Source: Alphaproteobacteria bacterium (lineage in GTDB: Bacteria > Pseudomonadota > Alphaproteobacteria > RF32 > CAG-239). From it: a stretch of DNA of 64,000 nt. Shown here one piece after another: positions 9,514 to 18,147 of this stretch; positions within the stretch are counted from its first letter, which is position 1, and each line of letters opens with the position of its first letter. Location of the stretch: the NCBI GenBank assembly GCA_045578445.1, contig JAZNKG010000025.1, positions 18,247-82,246 on the forward strand. The letters run 5' to 3'. The notes below the pieces were generated by a model. It worked only from the letters and a program-made list of their open reading frames with translations. It had not been told where the DNA came from and did no database searches. The position numbers and the translations under genes were made by a program.

Positions 9514-10053
9514 ATGACAAATTTTGAAACTTTATATAATGATGTCATTAAAAAGGCTCTTGTTGAAAAGTTCGGTTACAAGAACACTCACGAGATTCCT
9601 AAGTTGACAAAGATTGTCTTAAACATGGGCGTTGGTGACGCTGTTACAGACAAAAAGAAATTGAATAATGCTGTTGAAGAATTAGCAATGATTGCTGGTC
9701 AAAAACCAGTTGTTACTGTAGCTAGAAAATCTATCGCTACATTCAAATTGAGAGAAGGTATGCCTATTGGTTGTAAAGTTACCCTTCGTCCTGATAGAAT
9801 GTATGAATCTTTAGAGCGTTTGATTAATATAGCTCTTCCACGTACAAGAGACTTCCACGGTATCAGTGGTAAGAATTTTGATGGTAAAGGTAACTTTGCT
9901 TTTGGCATTAAAGAGCAAATCATTTTCCCTGAAATTAACTATGAGAAAGTTGAACAAGTTAGAGGTCTTGATATTGTTATTTGTACAACAGCTAAGACTG
10001 ATGAGGAAGCTAAATTCCTTTTAACATCTTTCAACTTACCATATAAGAAATAA
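9514..10053 (+). CDS. rplE: 50S ribosomal protein L5
   Basis: L5-like translation ([14 protein letters not shown]...). ATG at 9514 follows an AGGAG SD. The TTG at 9511 is the alternative start. Confidence 0.96.
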   Translation: MTNFETLYNDVIKKALVEKFGYKNTHEIPKLTKIVLNMGVGDAVTDKKKLNNAVEELAMIAGQKPVVTVARKSIATFKLREGMPIGCKVTLRPDRMYESLERLINIALPRTRDFHGISGKNFDGKGNFAFGIKEQIIFPEINYEKVEQVRGLDIVICTTAKTDEEAKFLLTSFNLPYKK

Positions 10054-10067
10054 GCGGAGATTTTACT

Positions 10068-10373
10068 ATGTCAAAAACAAGTTCAGTATACAGAAACTTG
10101 AAGAGAGTGCAAAAGGTTGCTAAATATGCTAACCGTCGCGCCAAGTTAAAAGCTATTGCTAATGATAAGAATGCTCCAGAGGAAGAAAGATTCCAAGCTA
10201 CTTTAAAATTAGCAGCATTGCCACGTAACTCTTCAAAGGTTAGAGTAAGAAACCGTTGTAAGATTACTGGTCGTTCACGTAGTTACAACAGAAAATTCGG
10301 TGTTAGTCGTGTTGAATTAAGAGACATGGCAAGCTTCGGCGAAATACCGGGTTTGGTAAAATCAAGCTGGTAA
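10068..10373 (+). CDS. rpsN: 30S ribosomal protein S14 (long, 101-aa form)
   Basis: The ending ...[21 protein letters not shown] is typical of long-form S14. Confidence 0.96.
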   Translation: MSKTSSVYRNLKRVQKVAKYANRRAKLKAIANDKNAPEEERFQATLKLAALPRNSSKVRVRNRCKITGRSRSYNRKFGVSRVELRDMASFGEIPGLVKSSW

Positions 10374-10385
10374 GGAGATGATATT

Positions 10386-10784
10386 ATGTCTATGACTGAT
10401 CCTTTGGGCGATATGCTCACACGCATTAGAAACGCACAAAGAGCGAAGAAAAGTGATGTTGTATCACCTGCATCTCGCTTGCGTGAAAATGTGTTAGAAG
10501 TTTTGAAAAGAGAAGGTTATATTTTAGGTTATGAAAAAACTACAGTAAAACCTGGTATTGAAGAACTTCATATTCAATTAAAATATCATGAGGGTACAAG
10601 TGTTATCACTGAAATTTATCGCGTTTCTACTCCAGGTCGTCGCGTATATTCAAGTGTTAAAGACCTACCAAGAGTTTATAATGGTCTCGGTATTTCTATC
10701 GTATCTACACCAAAAGGTGTTATGAGCGATAATGAGGCTAGAAAAGCTAATGTTGGTGGCGAAATCTTGTGCCAAGTATTCTAG
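10386..10784 (+). CDS. rpsH: 30S ribosomal protein S8
   Basis: [22 protein letters not shown]... is S8. Confidence 0.98.
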   Translation: MSMTDPLGDMLTRIRNAQRAKKSDVVSPASRLRENVLEVLKREGYILGYEKTTVKPGIEELHIQLKYHEGTSVITEIYRVSTPGRRVYSSVKDLPRVYNGLGISIVSTPKGVMSDNEARKANVGGEILCQVF

Positions 10785-10794
10785 GAGATAGCTG

Positions 10795-11331
10795 ATGTCA
10801 AGAGTAGGTAAATATCCAGTTATTATCCCAGAAGGAGTTAACGCATCTGTTAATGGTAATGTTGTTAACGTTAAAGGAAAATTGGGTGAATTAAGCTTTG
10901 CTTTCAATGATTCTCACGTTAGTGTTGAAATCAACGATGGTAAGATTGTGGTAACTCCACATTCTGAAAGCCGTACTGCAAGAACATTGTGGGGTACAAC
11001 ACGCGCTCAAATTAATTCTATAATCAAAGGTGTTAGCGCAGGCTACAGCAAGAGTTTGGAATTAATCGGTGTGGGTTATAAAGCTCGTTTAGATGGTAGA
11101 AACTTAGTTTTATCATTGGGCTTTTCTCATGATGTACCATTTGCAGCACCACAAGGCATTACTTTTGCTTGTGAATCTCCAACTGTTGTAAAAATCAGTG
11201 GTGTTGATAAGCAATTAGTAGGTCAAGTTGCGGCAGAAATTCGCAAATTCAGAAAACCAGAACCTTATAAAGGAAAAGGTATTAGAGTTGATGGCGAATA
11301 TGTACGTCGTAAAGAAGGTAAGAAGAAATAG
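10795..11331 (+). CDS. rplF: 50S ribosomal protein L6
   Basis: [15 protein letters not shown]... is L6. Confidence 0.97.
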   Translation: MSRVGKYPVIIPEGVNASVNGNVVNVKGKLGELSFAFNDSHVSVEINDGKIVVTPHSESRTARTLWGTTRAQINSIIKGVSAGYSKSLELIGVGYKARLDGRNLVLSLGFSHDVPFAAPQGITFACESPTVVKISGVDKQLVGQVAAEIRKFRKPEPYKGKGIRVDGEYVRRKEGKKK

Positions 11332-11342
11332 GATGTAAAGCA

Positions 11343-11705
11343 ATGAATACACCAAGAAAATTATATGAAAAAAGAAGAGCTCGTGTAAGAACGGCTTTGA
11401 AAGCTGCTGCTAATGGAAAGATGAGATTATCTGTATTTCGCAGTAGTAAAAATATTTATGCTCAAATTATTGATGACGTAAAAGGTGCAACAGTTGCTTC
11501 TGCTTCTACTTTGGATAAAGAAGTAAGATCTAACATTACTAAGAGTTCAGATATTGAAGCTGCTAAGTATGTTGGTAAAGTTGTAGCTGAACGCGCAGTT
11601 AAAAACGGCGTTAGCGAAGTTGTGTTTGACCGTGGCGGTTATGCTTATCATGGCCGTGTGAAAGCTTTAGCAGATTCTGCTCGTGAAGCTGGATTGAAAT
11701 TTTAG
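11343..11705 (+). CDS. rplR: 50S ribosomal protein L18
   Basis: L18-like translation ending ...[22 protein letters not shown]. Confidence 0.96.
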   Translation: MNTPRKLYEKRRARVRTALKAAANGKMRLSVFRSSKNIYAQIIDDVKGATVASASTLDKEVRSNITKSSDIEAAKYVGKVVAERAVKNGVSEVVFDRGGYAYHGRVKALADSAREAGLKF

Positions 11706-11714
11706 GAGGTTATC

Positions 11715-12281
11715 ATGGCACAATCTTTAGATCGTCATAATAAAGCAGACAAAAAAGAAGAATTGGTTGAGAAATTAGTTTTCGTAAACCGTGTTGCTAA
11801 AACAGTAAAAGGCGGACGTACAATGTCTTTTGCAGCTTTGGTTGTTGTTGGTGACCAAAAAGGCCGTATCGGTTTTGGTTCTGGCAAAGCATCTGAAGTT
11901 CCAGAAGCTATTGTTAAAGCAACTAACGAAGCTAAGAAGAATATGGTTCGTATTCCTCTTAGAGAAGGCAGAACTCTTCACCACGATATTACTGGTCGTT
12001 TCGGCGCTGGTAAAGTTGTGTTAAGAACAGCTCCTGCCGGTACTGGTGTGATTGCCGGTGGTCCTATGCGTGCAGTATTTGAAGTATTGGGCGTACAAGA
12101 CGTAGTTGCTAAGTCTTTGGGTTCTAACAACCCTTACAATATGATTAAAGCTACATTTGCAGCTTTACAATCTATCAACAGTCCACGTATGGTTGCTGCT
12201 AAACGTGGTAAAAAAGTTGGTGATATTGTAAGCCGTCGTGAGAACACTTCTAACGTTAAGATGGAAAAAGAGGAGGCTTAA
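11715..12281 (+). CDS. rpsE: 30S ribosomal protein S5
   Basis: S5 motifs [24 protein letters not shown]. Confidence 0.97.
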   Translation: MAQSLDRHNKADKKEELVEKLVFVNRVAKTVKGGRTMSFAALVVVGDQKGRIGFGSGKASEVPEAIVKATNEAKKNMVRIPLREGRTLHHDITGRFGAGKVVLRTAPAGTGVIAGGPMRAVFEVLGVQDVVAKSLGSNNPYNMIKATFAALQSINSPRMVAAKRGKKVGDIVSRRENTSNVKMEKEEA

Positions 12282-12283
12282 TC

Positions 12284-12469
12284 ATGACTAATAAAAAAAC
12301 TGTAAAAGTTACTCAAGTTAAGAGTTCTATCGGTCATGGTAAAGACCAAATTGCTACTTTGAAGGGCTTAGGCTTGAATAAGATTGGCAGAACTTCTGTG
12401 TTGGAAGATACTCCATCAGTTAGAGGTATGATTAACAAAGTTGCTCACCTTATTAAAGTTGAAGAATAA
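12284..12469 (+). CDS. rpmD: 50S ribosomal protein L30
   Basis: 61 aa, L30-like ([25 protein letters not shown]). Confidence 0.94.
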   Translation: MTNKKTVKVTQVKSSIGHGKDQIATLKGLGLNKIGRTSVLEDTPSVRGMINKVAHLIKVEE

Positions 12470-12477
12470 TTGTGAGA

Positions 12478-12510
12478 GGGTGTGAGGCAAATTTATTTTG
12501 CCTCTTGCCC
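12478..12510 (+). promoter_or_regulatory. Hairpin in the unusually long rpmD-rplO spacer
   Basis: GAGGCAAA (12484-12491) pairs with TTTGCCTC (12497-12504), extended by GGG/CCC (12478-12480 / 12508-12510). There is no T run after it. TGAGGCAA recurs at 12520-12527. Confidence 0.35.
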
Positions 12511-12580
12511 CAAGCAATTTGAGGCAACCCGTGAGCAATAATTTGAAATTTTAATAGAGTTTAATGTAAGGGTAAAAAAG

Positions 12581-13036
12581 ATGAAACTAAATGAATTAAG
12601 AGATAACGAAGGTGCAAGAAAATCTTCTATCCGTGTTGGCCGTGGTATCGGTTCTGGAAAAGGTAAAACTTGCGGTCGTGGCGTAAAAGGTCAAAAATCT
12701 CGTTCTGGTGTTTCTGTTAACGGTTTTGAAGGTGGTCAAATGCCTGTTTACCGTAGATTACCAAAACGTGGTTTTAACAACCATTTCGCAAAGACTTTTG
12801 CTGTTATTAACTTAGATACAATTCAAAGAGCTATTGATGCTGGTAAATTGAATGCTAATGAAATTACAAAAGAAACATTATTGGCTTCTAACGTAATTTC
12901 TAAAGAATTAGACGGTGTTCGTTTGTTGGCTCGTGGTGCTTTGAATGTAGCTGTTAACATTACTGTTGATTCTGCTTCTAAAGCAGCTGTTGAAGCTGTT
13001 GAAAAAGCTGGTGGTAAAGTTACTGTTAAAGCTTAA
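12581..13036 (+). CDS. rplO: 50S ribosomal protein L15
   Basis: [34 protein letters not shown]... is L15. Confidence 0.97.
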   Translation: MKLNELRDNEGARKSSIRVGRGIGSGKGKTCGRGVKGQKSRSGVSVNGFEGGQMPVYRRLPKRGFNNHFAKTFAVINLDTIQRAIDAGKLNANEITKETLLASNVISKELDGVRLLARGALNVAVNITVDSASKAAVEAVEKAGGKVTVKA

Positions 13037-13054
13037 TAGCAACGAATTAGTTAT

Positions 13055-13090
13055 TAAAAAAGAGCAGACTATTCAGCCTGCTCTTTTTTG
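13055..13090. terminator. Strong bidirectional intrinsic terminator ending the ribosomal protein operon
   Basis: A6 run, then AGAGCAG (13061-13067) pairing with CTGCTCT (13078-13084), then a T6 run. Confidence 0.8.
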
Positions 13091-13289
13091 TTAGATATTA
13101 TATAGTTGAAGGTTAAGCTCGATCATAACTTGATGGTAAATTTTGAGGAATAACTGTTGTACGTACAGGTTTTTTATCATTAACCTTTTCTTTAGTAGCA
13201 ACCTCTCTTTCATCAAGTTTCTTCTGAATGCGAATATTTTGACTTCTTGCAACAGGGTTATCTGGCAAAGACGCTTTTTGTTGCTATGT

Positions 13290-14222
13290 TTAGTTTTTCT
13301 TATGTGGTATTTGTGGTAAAATTTTTAATTTTTCTACTTTTATTTGTTTTATCCAGTGTTTATCTGAGCCAACAATGATAACCTTTTGTTTTGCTCCTCC
13401 TAACCACCAGGCAACTTCTGAAAATGTAGAACCAATTGAGTATATACCTGTGTGTGATTTTCCAAGTATGTACATATCCGCAACAGCATCTATCATAGAT
13501 GTGTAATTTTTATTTGGGAGTTCAATTATACGATTGGGATAGCGTTTATAAAAGGGTAGAGCTGTTTCTTTTGATAAGGTAGATAAGTAAAATATAGTAT
13601 TAGATGGAAAAGTATCCATTATTTTGAAAAAGGATTCTACAGGTTCATTGGCATTAAAAAATTTTTTCCAATCATCAGAATTTCGAAAAAATACAGAAAC
13701 GTAGTTTTTAGGAATATTTAGCTGATTTATTCGCTGTTTTACTTGTGTAGATGGTTCTAGAGTGCGAAAATATGGAGTATATATATCTATAATTTCAGGC
13801 GGAATATTGTTATACAGTCCATCTATGAATTGGTGTTTTTTATTTTTGAAATCATCCTCTGCAACTAGAAGAGCATATGTATTTATATATGGGTATAAAG
13901 GTTCGTTATAATTAAAAATGTTATATATTTGATGTTGGGAGTTATATTCTGTTATTGTTGTATTCCATTTAGGGGAAAATAAGTCAAAGAATTTTGCAGA
14001 AACCCAACCTTTGTCATCCCAATATAAATTTATGTGTTTAGGTTGAAAGTAGCGAATATGTGAGATGATATTTTTTATTCTATTTCCTATTCCGCTGGCA
14101 TTGGTTAGTTTTATATGCACGATATTATTTGAAGGCTTTGTAGGATATTGTTCAGCATGGAGGCTAAATGGGAATAAAAGCCAAGTAATAAAAAATAAAA
14201 TAATGATTACATTTTTTATCAT
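13290..14222 (-). CDS. Exported protein of unknown function (310 aa)
   Basis: AAGGA SD. N-terminal signal-like segment IIILFFITWLLFPFSLHA-EQ. The motif NASGIGNRIKNIISH vaguely recalls the GLGN motif of GT11/NodZ-type fucosyltransferases, but this is not supported further. Confidence 0.6.
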   Translation of the reverse strand: MIKNVIIILFFITWLLFPFSLHAEQYPTKPSNNIVHIKLTNASGIGNRIKNIISHIRYFQPKHINLYWDDKGWVSAKFFDLFSPKWNTTITEYNSQHQIYNIFNYNEPLYPYINTYALLVAEDDFKNKKHQFIDGLYNNIPPEIIDIYTPYFRTLEPSTQVKQRINQLNIPKNYVSVFFRNSDDWKKFFNANEPVESFFKIMDTFPSNTIFYLSTLSKETALPFYKRYPNRIIELPNKNYTSMIDAVADMYILGKSHTGIYSIGSTFSEVAWWLGGAKQKVIIVGSDKHWIKQIKVEKLKILPQIPHKKN

Positions 14223-14382
14223 AAAGGTCCTTTGTTTAAAGTTTATGTGTTGAATGTATATTCAAAAAAGTTTGTTGTAAAGTTTATATTAACAAAATTT
14301 CTTTTATAATTTGGTATCGCATTTAGTTTTGTTGTGAAGTATTTCTTTGATATATTACAAATTTAGGATGATTTTTTGATAA

Positions 14383-15558
14383 ATGATAGGACGTAATGTA
14401 ACATTATTAAAGCTAGATAATTTTTTGGCTGGTTTGTATGCTCTTAGCATGGTTTTGGTCATTTACTTTGAAAGTATTACAAAATCTTATGCAGAAGCAA
14501 TGTTGATTTTTTCTATATCAAGTATCATTAAAGTAATAATGGAGATTCCAACAGGAATTTTTTCTGATAAAATAGGTCGTAAAAAAACGATGATTTTATC
14601 GTCCTTTTTGTTCTTTATAACAGCGCTTATTTGGGCAACTGCAGGTAATTTGGATAATGTTTTGTTGCTTTATATAGGAGCGATTATTTTTGGTATAAGT
14701 GATGCTTTTTTATCTGGAACAAATGAAGCATTAATGTTTGAAACAGTTGAAGAACTAAAAAAACAAGGTGAATTTGATGTTTTATTTTCTAGATGTAATG
14801 GGTGGTTACAATTAGGTTTTGTTTGTTCATCAATAATTGCTGCGTTGGTTATATATTTTTTTGATATGAAAGTTTTGGCGTGGTTATCGATTGTTCCAAT
14901 GTTTATGTCTGTTTGCGTTGCATGTATGTATGTAGAGCCAAGTATAGGCAGGGAAAAAAAGGAAATTACCTCTGTTAAAATGTTTATAAAGTCAATGAAA
15001 GAAATCTATACAAATAAGAAAGCTTGTTTATTTTCTTTATTAGATATTATGGAAAATGCTTTGGGTATGTCGTGTCATCGTTTTGAAGTAGCATATTTTA
15101 GCACTTTAATACCTTTGTGGGCTGTAAATTTAGCAAGATTATTAAAACAAGTTACGGGAGTTATTAGCTTTTTTGTTGTATCAAAATTAAAAAGAATAGG
15201 GGCGAGTAAATTATTATTTGGGTCCATGATAGGTAATGCATTTGTTCGTGTGTTTGGCGTTATTTTAGATAATGTTTTTACCCCATTTATTATGAGTACA
15301 GTAAATTTATTTTATGGTACAGCAGAAACTATTAGAAAAGATGTTTTGCAACATGAGTTTTCATCTAAGCAAAGAGCAACAATGGGGTCAATTGTATCGT
15401 TTTTTTCTAATATAGTTATGGCGATATTAATGTATGTTTTAGGATATGTGGCTGATGTGTACACACCGTACTGTGCCATTTGTGTTGTGGTGGTTATAAA
15501 AGTATTGTTGATTGTTGTATCTATACCAGTATTAAGAAAGTTTTTTGTGAGGATTTAA
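14383..15558 (+). CDS. MFS transporter
   Basis: About 12 hydrophobic segments and the MFS loop motif GIFSDKIGRKKTM between TM2 and TM3. Confidence 0.8.
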   Translation: MIGRNVTLLKLDNFLAGLYALSMVLVIYFESITKSYAEAMLIFSISSIIKVIMEIPTGIFSDKIGRKKTMILSSFLFFITALIWATAGNLDNVLLLYIGAIIFGISDAFLSGTNEALMFETVEELKKQGEFDVLFSRCNGWLQLGFVCSSIIAALVIYFFDMKVLAWLSIVPMFMSVCVACMYVEPSIGREKKEITSVKMFIKSMKEIYTNKKACLFSLLDIMENALGMSCHRFEVAYFSTLIPLWAVNLARLLKQVTGVISFFVVSKLKRIGASKLLFGSMIGNAFVRVFGVILDNVFTPFIMSTVNLFYGTAETIRKDVLQHEFSSKQRATMGSIVSFFSNIVMAILMYVLGYVADVYTPYCAICVVVVIKVLLIVVSIPVLRKFFVRI

Positions 15559-15560
15559 TT

Positions 15561-16232
15561 ATGAAAAATATTGTAAATAAAGCATTGGATTTTGCAAAGA
15601 AGTGTCATGGTGGAGATTGTTCTGGTCATGATTATGAGCATATTTTAAGAGTGTTGGCTAATGTTGAAAAAATGCTAAAACAAATGCCACAAGCGGATGC
15701 AACTCTTGCAAGATTAGGTGCTATTTTACATGATGTCGATGATTATAAATTAGGTAAAAATTCTCATAAAGTTGATAAATTTTTAGATGAAAATTGTTCT
15801 GATGTTGAATTAAAAGAAAAGGTTAGAAAAGTAGTTAATACCATAAGCTATTCTAAATCTGGAGATAAGCCTAATTTTGATATGATAGAGCAAAAAATTG
15901 TATCTGATGCAGATAAGCTAGATGCAATGGGTGCGATTGGTGTCTGCAGAGCTGTAATATATTCTGCGGTTACTAAAAGAGCTTTGTTTAATAATGAGCA
16001 AAAGCCAAGAGAAAAATTATCTCAAGAAGAATATATGAATAAAAATAGAGAAGAAAACCATACAATAAATCATTTTTTTGATAAATTATTGAAATTAAGA
16101 AGTGCTATGCAAACAGAAGTTGGTCGCAAAGAGGCAGAGAGAAGACATAAATTTATGATAGCATTTTTGACACAATTTTTTGATGAAGTATCGGCGGATA
16201 ACAGTTGGTACGAACGATTGAAAAATTTTTAA
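15561..16232 (+). CDS. HD-domain phosphohydrolase, YedJ-like
   Basis: ATG at 15561 after a GTGAGGA SD. Motifs HDYEHILRV, ILHDVDDYK, SDADKLDAMGAIG and HFFDKLLKL match the YedJ-type HD family. The ORF-track start at 15480 overlaps the MFS gene and is rejected. Confidence 0.8.
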   Translation: MKNIVNKALDFAKKCHGGDCSGHDYEHILRVLANVEKMLKQMPQADATLARLGAILHDVDDYKLGKNSHKVDKFLDENCSDVELKEKVRKVVNTISYSKSGDKPNFDMIEQKIVSDADKLDAMGAIGVCRAVIYSAVTKRALFNNEQKPREKLSQEEYMNKNREENHTINHFFDKLLKLRSAMQTEVGRKEAERRHKFMIAFLTQFFDEVSADNSWYERLKNF

Positions 16233-16257
16233 TAAATATTTGTTTAGACAAATTTTC

Positions 16258-16286
16258 TTGACTCTATGCTTAATATAGGATATAAT
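16258..16286 (+). promoter_or_regulatory. Near-consensus sigma70 promoter upstream of the 551-aa gene
   Basis: TTGACT (16258-16263), exactly 17 nt, TATAAT (16281-16286). This leaves a 5' leader of about 150 nt containing a CATTGAT/ATCAATG hairpin. Confidence 0.6.
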
Positions 16287-16441
16287 TGATTTGTTTACTA
16301 GTAATTATGTCTATATATTAGGTGTATCTTTAAGGCTTTTGCTTTGGGGATAGCTTGGTTGTTGGCAAATTTGTGCTAGTGGGCCATTGATGGGAAGGTC
16401 TTATCAATGTATATTGTTAACCCATTAAATTTTTAAGCACT

Positions 16442-18097
16442 ATGGGAAAATTTAAAAACTTCATGGCAAGTATGAAGTCTAAAATTGCTTGCGCATTAGC
16501 CAATCTTTTTCCAACGTGGGCTATCAAAAAGAAATGCCTTCTTAGCAATCCAAATGTTTCTGCTTGGGCTATCTATAACGTAGATTTAGCTTTGTATATT
16601 GTAACAAAGCTTAATCTTACTGAAAAGGAAATCGCAGAGAGGTATTGGGTTCCAACAGTAAGGATTGCTTTGTTGCAAAGACCTTATGGTAGAAAAGCTT
16701 TAGCGTCTAAAGTTGCGACTGATGCAGAGTTGGAAGTTATTTTGCTGTATGGCACTCTTGAGGAGAAAGTATCTGCAGTAAGAGCTTTTACTCCTTCGAC
16801 AAAGAGAATGAGAGAATTAGTATCAAGTGTTTCTACTGACGCTGGTTTTCTGAATGCAATTGCAGGAAAAGCTCCGACGGCATTTGCGCAACTTACTGCA
16901 AAAGAGGTGTTAGGTCTTACTCCAAAACAGAAGTGTAATAAAGCACAGGATTGGAGAATAGATTTATCTCTTGAACTTATGGCTGCAGAGCCTTCTTGGT
17001 GTCCTAAATTTATGGAGCTCATAAAAGAGATACCTCCACAGCAACTCACAGGTAAGGAAAAAGCATATTTCAAGGATATCTATGTAATCGCCTCTAAGGC
17101 AAAGATATGTCTTGCAAATTTATTGGCATATATGAAGGTGTTCTTCAATGAAGAATATATTCTTAATGTTAATGCTTTTAGGTCATATCCTAGCTTTGCG
17201 CGAGAGTTTGCTGAGATATTTCCTCAGATGATGGTACATCTTAAGAAAGGTGCAATACATTACACTTCTTTGGAAATGCTTGGATGTCATATCAATGAGA
17301 ATTTCTCCGAAGTGGATGAAGCGTATGCTTGGCTCGGTATCGGTCGTGAGCTTTTGGGAAAGGAAGATCTTGTCTATGAGACGCTCTTGAAGCATATCAA
17401 GGAAATTTACGATGTAAATCCAAGTATCGGAAAAGACCTTGTGGCTTTGATGACAGAAAAGGCTCGCTATCTTGATGAGATTCAAGAACTTGAAAAGGCA
17501 ATGCCTAAACAGGTAGATGCTTGCAAAATTGCAGAGAGGGCATATCAGCTTATCTATGAAAAAGCAAAGAGATGCTTCGGTTATGCTGATGTAAAGGATT
17601 ACATAAAATTTTATCCTTTTACAACTTGGAAAGAAGACCATGCAAAGTGGGCTATTAAGAGGTTGGTTCTTACGAATAGTTTTCCTCTGGATAGACATCA
17701 TGAGCTTTCTGATGAGCTTAAAGCGTATGCTCTTGAGCAGATGGAAGTTAGCTCACAGAAAAGTGCTCTACTCAGTAATCTGGATCAGATGGTTGAATAT
17801 CAGCTCTATCCAGAAGCCGAGGTTGATTTGCTCAAGGCGATACATTATCATGAAGACCTTGTAATTAAGTATGTTGATAAATATGGACTGTCAGATGAGG
17901 CGTTCATGACAATTATCAAATACAACAATTATCAGGATGAATGCAAAAGAGTGATAACCGCTTGTGCAAAGAAGTGGGGACTGACGCAGGAACGTTATGT
18001 GAAGTTGCTTCAGAGCAGATATATCGGTCTTGCTCCATTCTTGAAGCAGTATGTGGGCAAGAAGCCAGAGCTCAATTCAACAGAAGCTGATGCTTAA
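16442..18097 (+). CDS. All-helical repeat protein of unknown function, compositionally foreign (551 aa)
   Basis: Long uninterrupted ORF. Codon usage (CTT, CAG, AAG, GAG, ATC, ATA, AGG) contrasts with neighbouring genes (TTA, CAA, AAA, GAA, ATT). No SD before the ATG. The C-terminal repeats of type DKYGLSDEAFMTIIKY / KKWGLTQERYVKLLQSRY resemble the 184-aa protein at 34659-35213. Confidence 0.75.
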   Translation: MGKFKNFMASMKSKIACALANLFPTWAIKKKCLLSNPNVSAWAIYNVDLALYIVTKLNLTEKEIAERYWVPTVRIALLQRPYGRKALASKVATDAELEVILLYGTLEEKVSAVRAFTPSTKRMRELVSSVSTDAGFLNAIAGKAPTAFAQLTAKEVLGLTPKQKCNKAQDWRIDLSLELMAAEPSWCPKFMELIKEIPPQQLTGKEKAYFKDIYVIASKAKICLANLLAYMKVFFNEEYILNVNAFRSYPSFAREFAEIFPQMMVHLKKGAIHYTSLEMLGCHINENFSEVDEAYAWLGIGRELLGKEDLVYETLLKHIKEIYDVNPSIGKDLVALMTEKARYLDEIQELEKAMPKQVDACKIAERAYQLIYEKAKRCFGYADVKDYIKFYPFTTWKEDHAKWAIKRLVLTNSFPLDRHHELSDELKAYALEQMEVSSQKSALLSNLDQMVEYQLYPEAEVDLLKAIHYHEDLVIKYVDKYGLSDEAFMTIIKYNNYQDECKRVITACAKKWGLTQERYVKLLQSRYIGLAPFLKQYVGKKPELNSTEADA

Positions 18098-18114
18098 GAC
18101 TTAGAGATGCAATT

Positions 18115-18142
18115 AAGGGGTGGTAAAAACCATCCCTTTTTT
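18115..18142 (+). terminator. Intrinsic terminator after the 551-aa gene
   Basis: GGGGTGG (18117-18123) pairs with CCATCCC (18130-18136), followed by a T6 run. Confidence 0.75.
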
Positions 18143-18147
18143 GTTTT

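Noticed and set aside
17183-17701. A 172-aa minus-strand ORF (and 16684-17073) antisense to the 551-aa gene. Similar antisense ORFs occur at 1437-1847, 31457-32041, 37849-38352 and inside dnaK and the ribosomal protein genes.
   Set aside because: All lie entirely within longer ORFs that have recognisable or better-supported products. They lack SD sequences and have skewed, low-complexity compositions typical of antisense frames.
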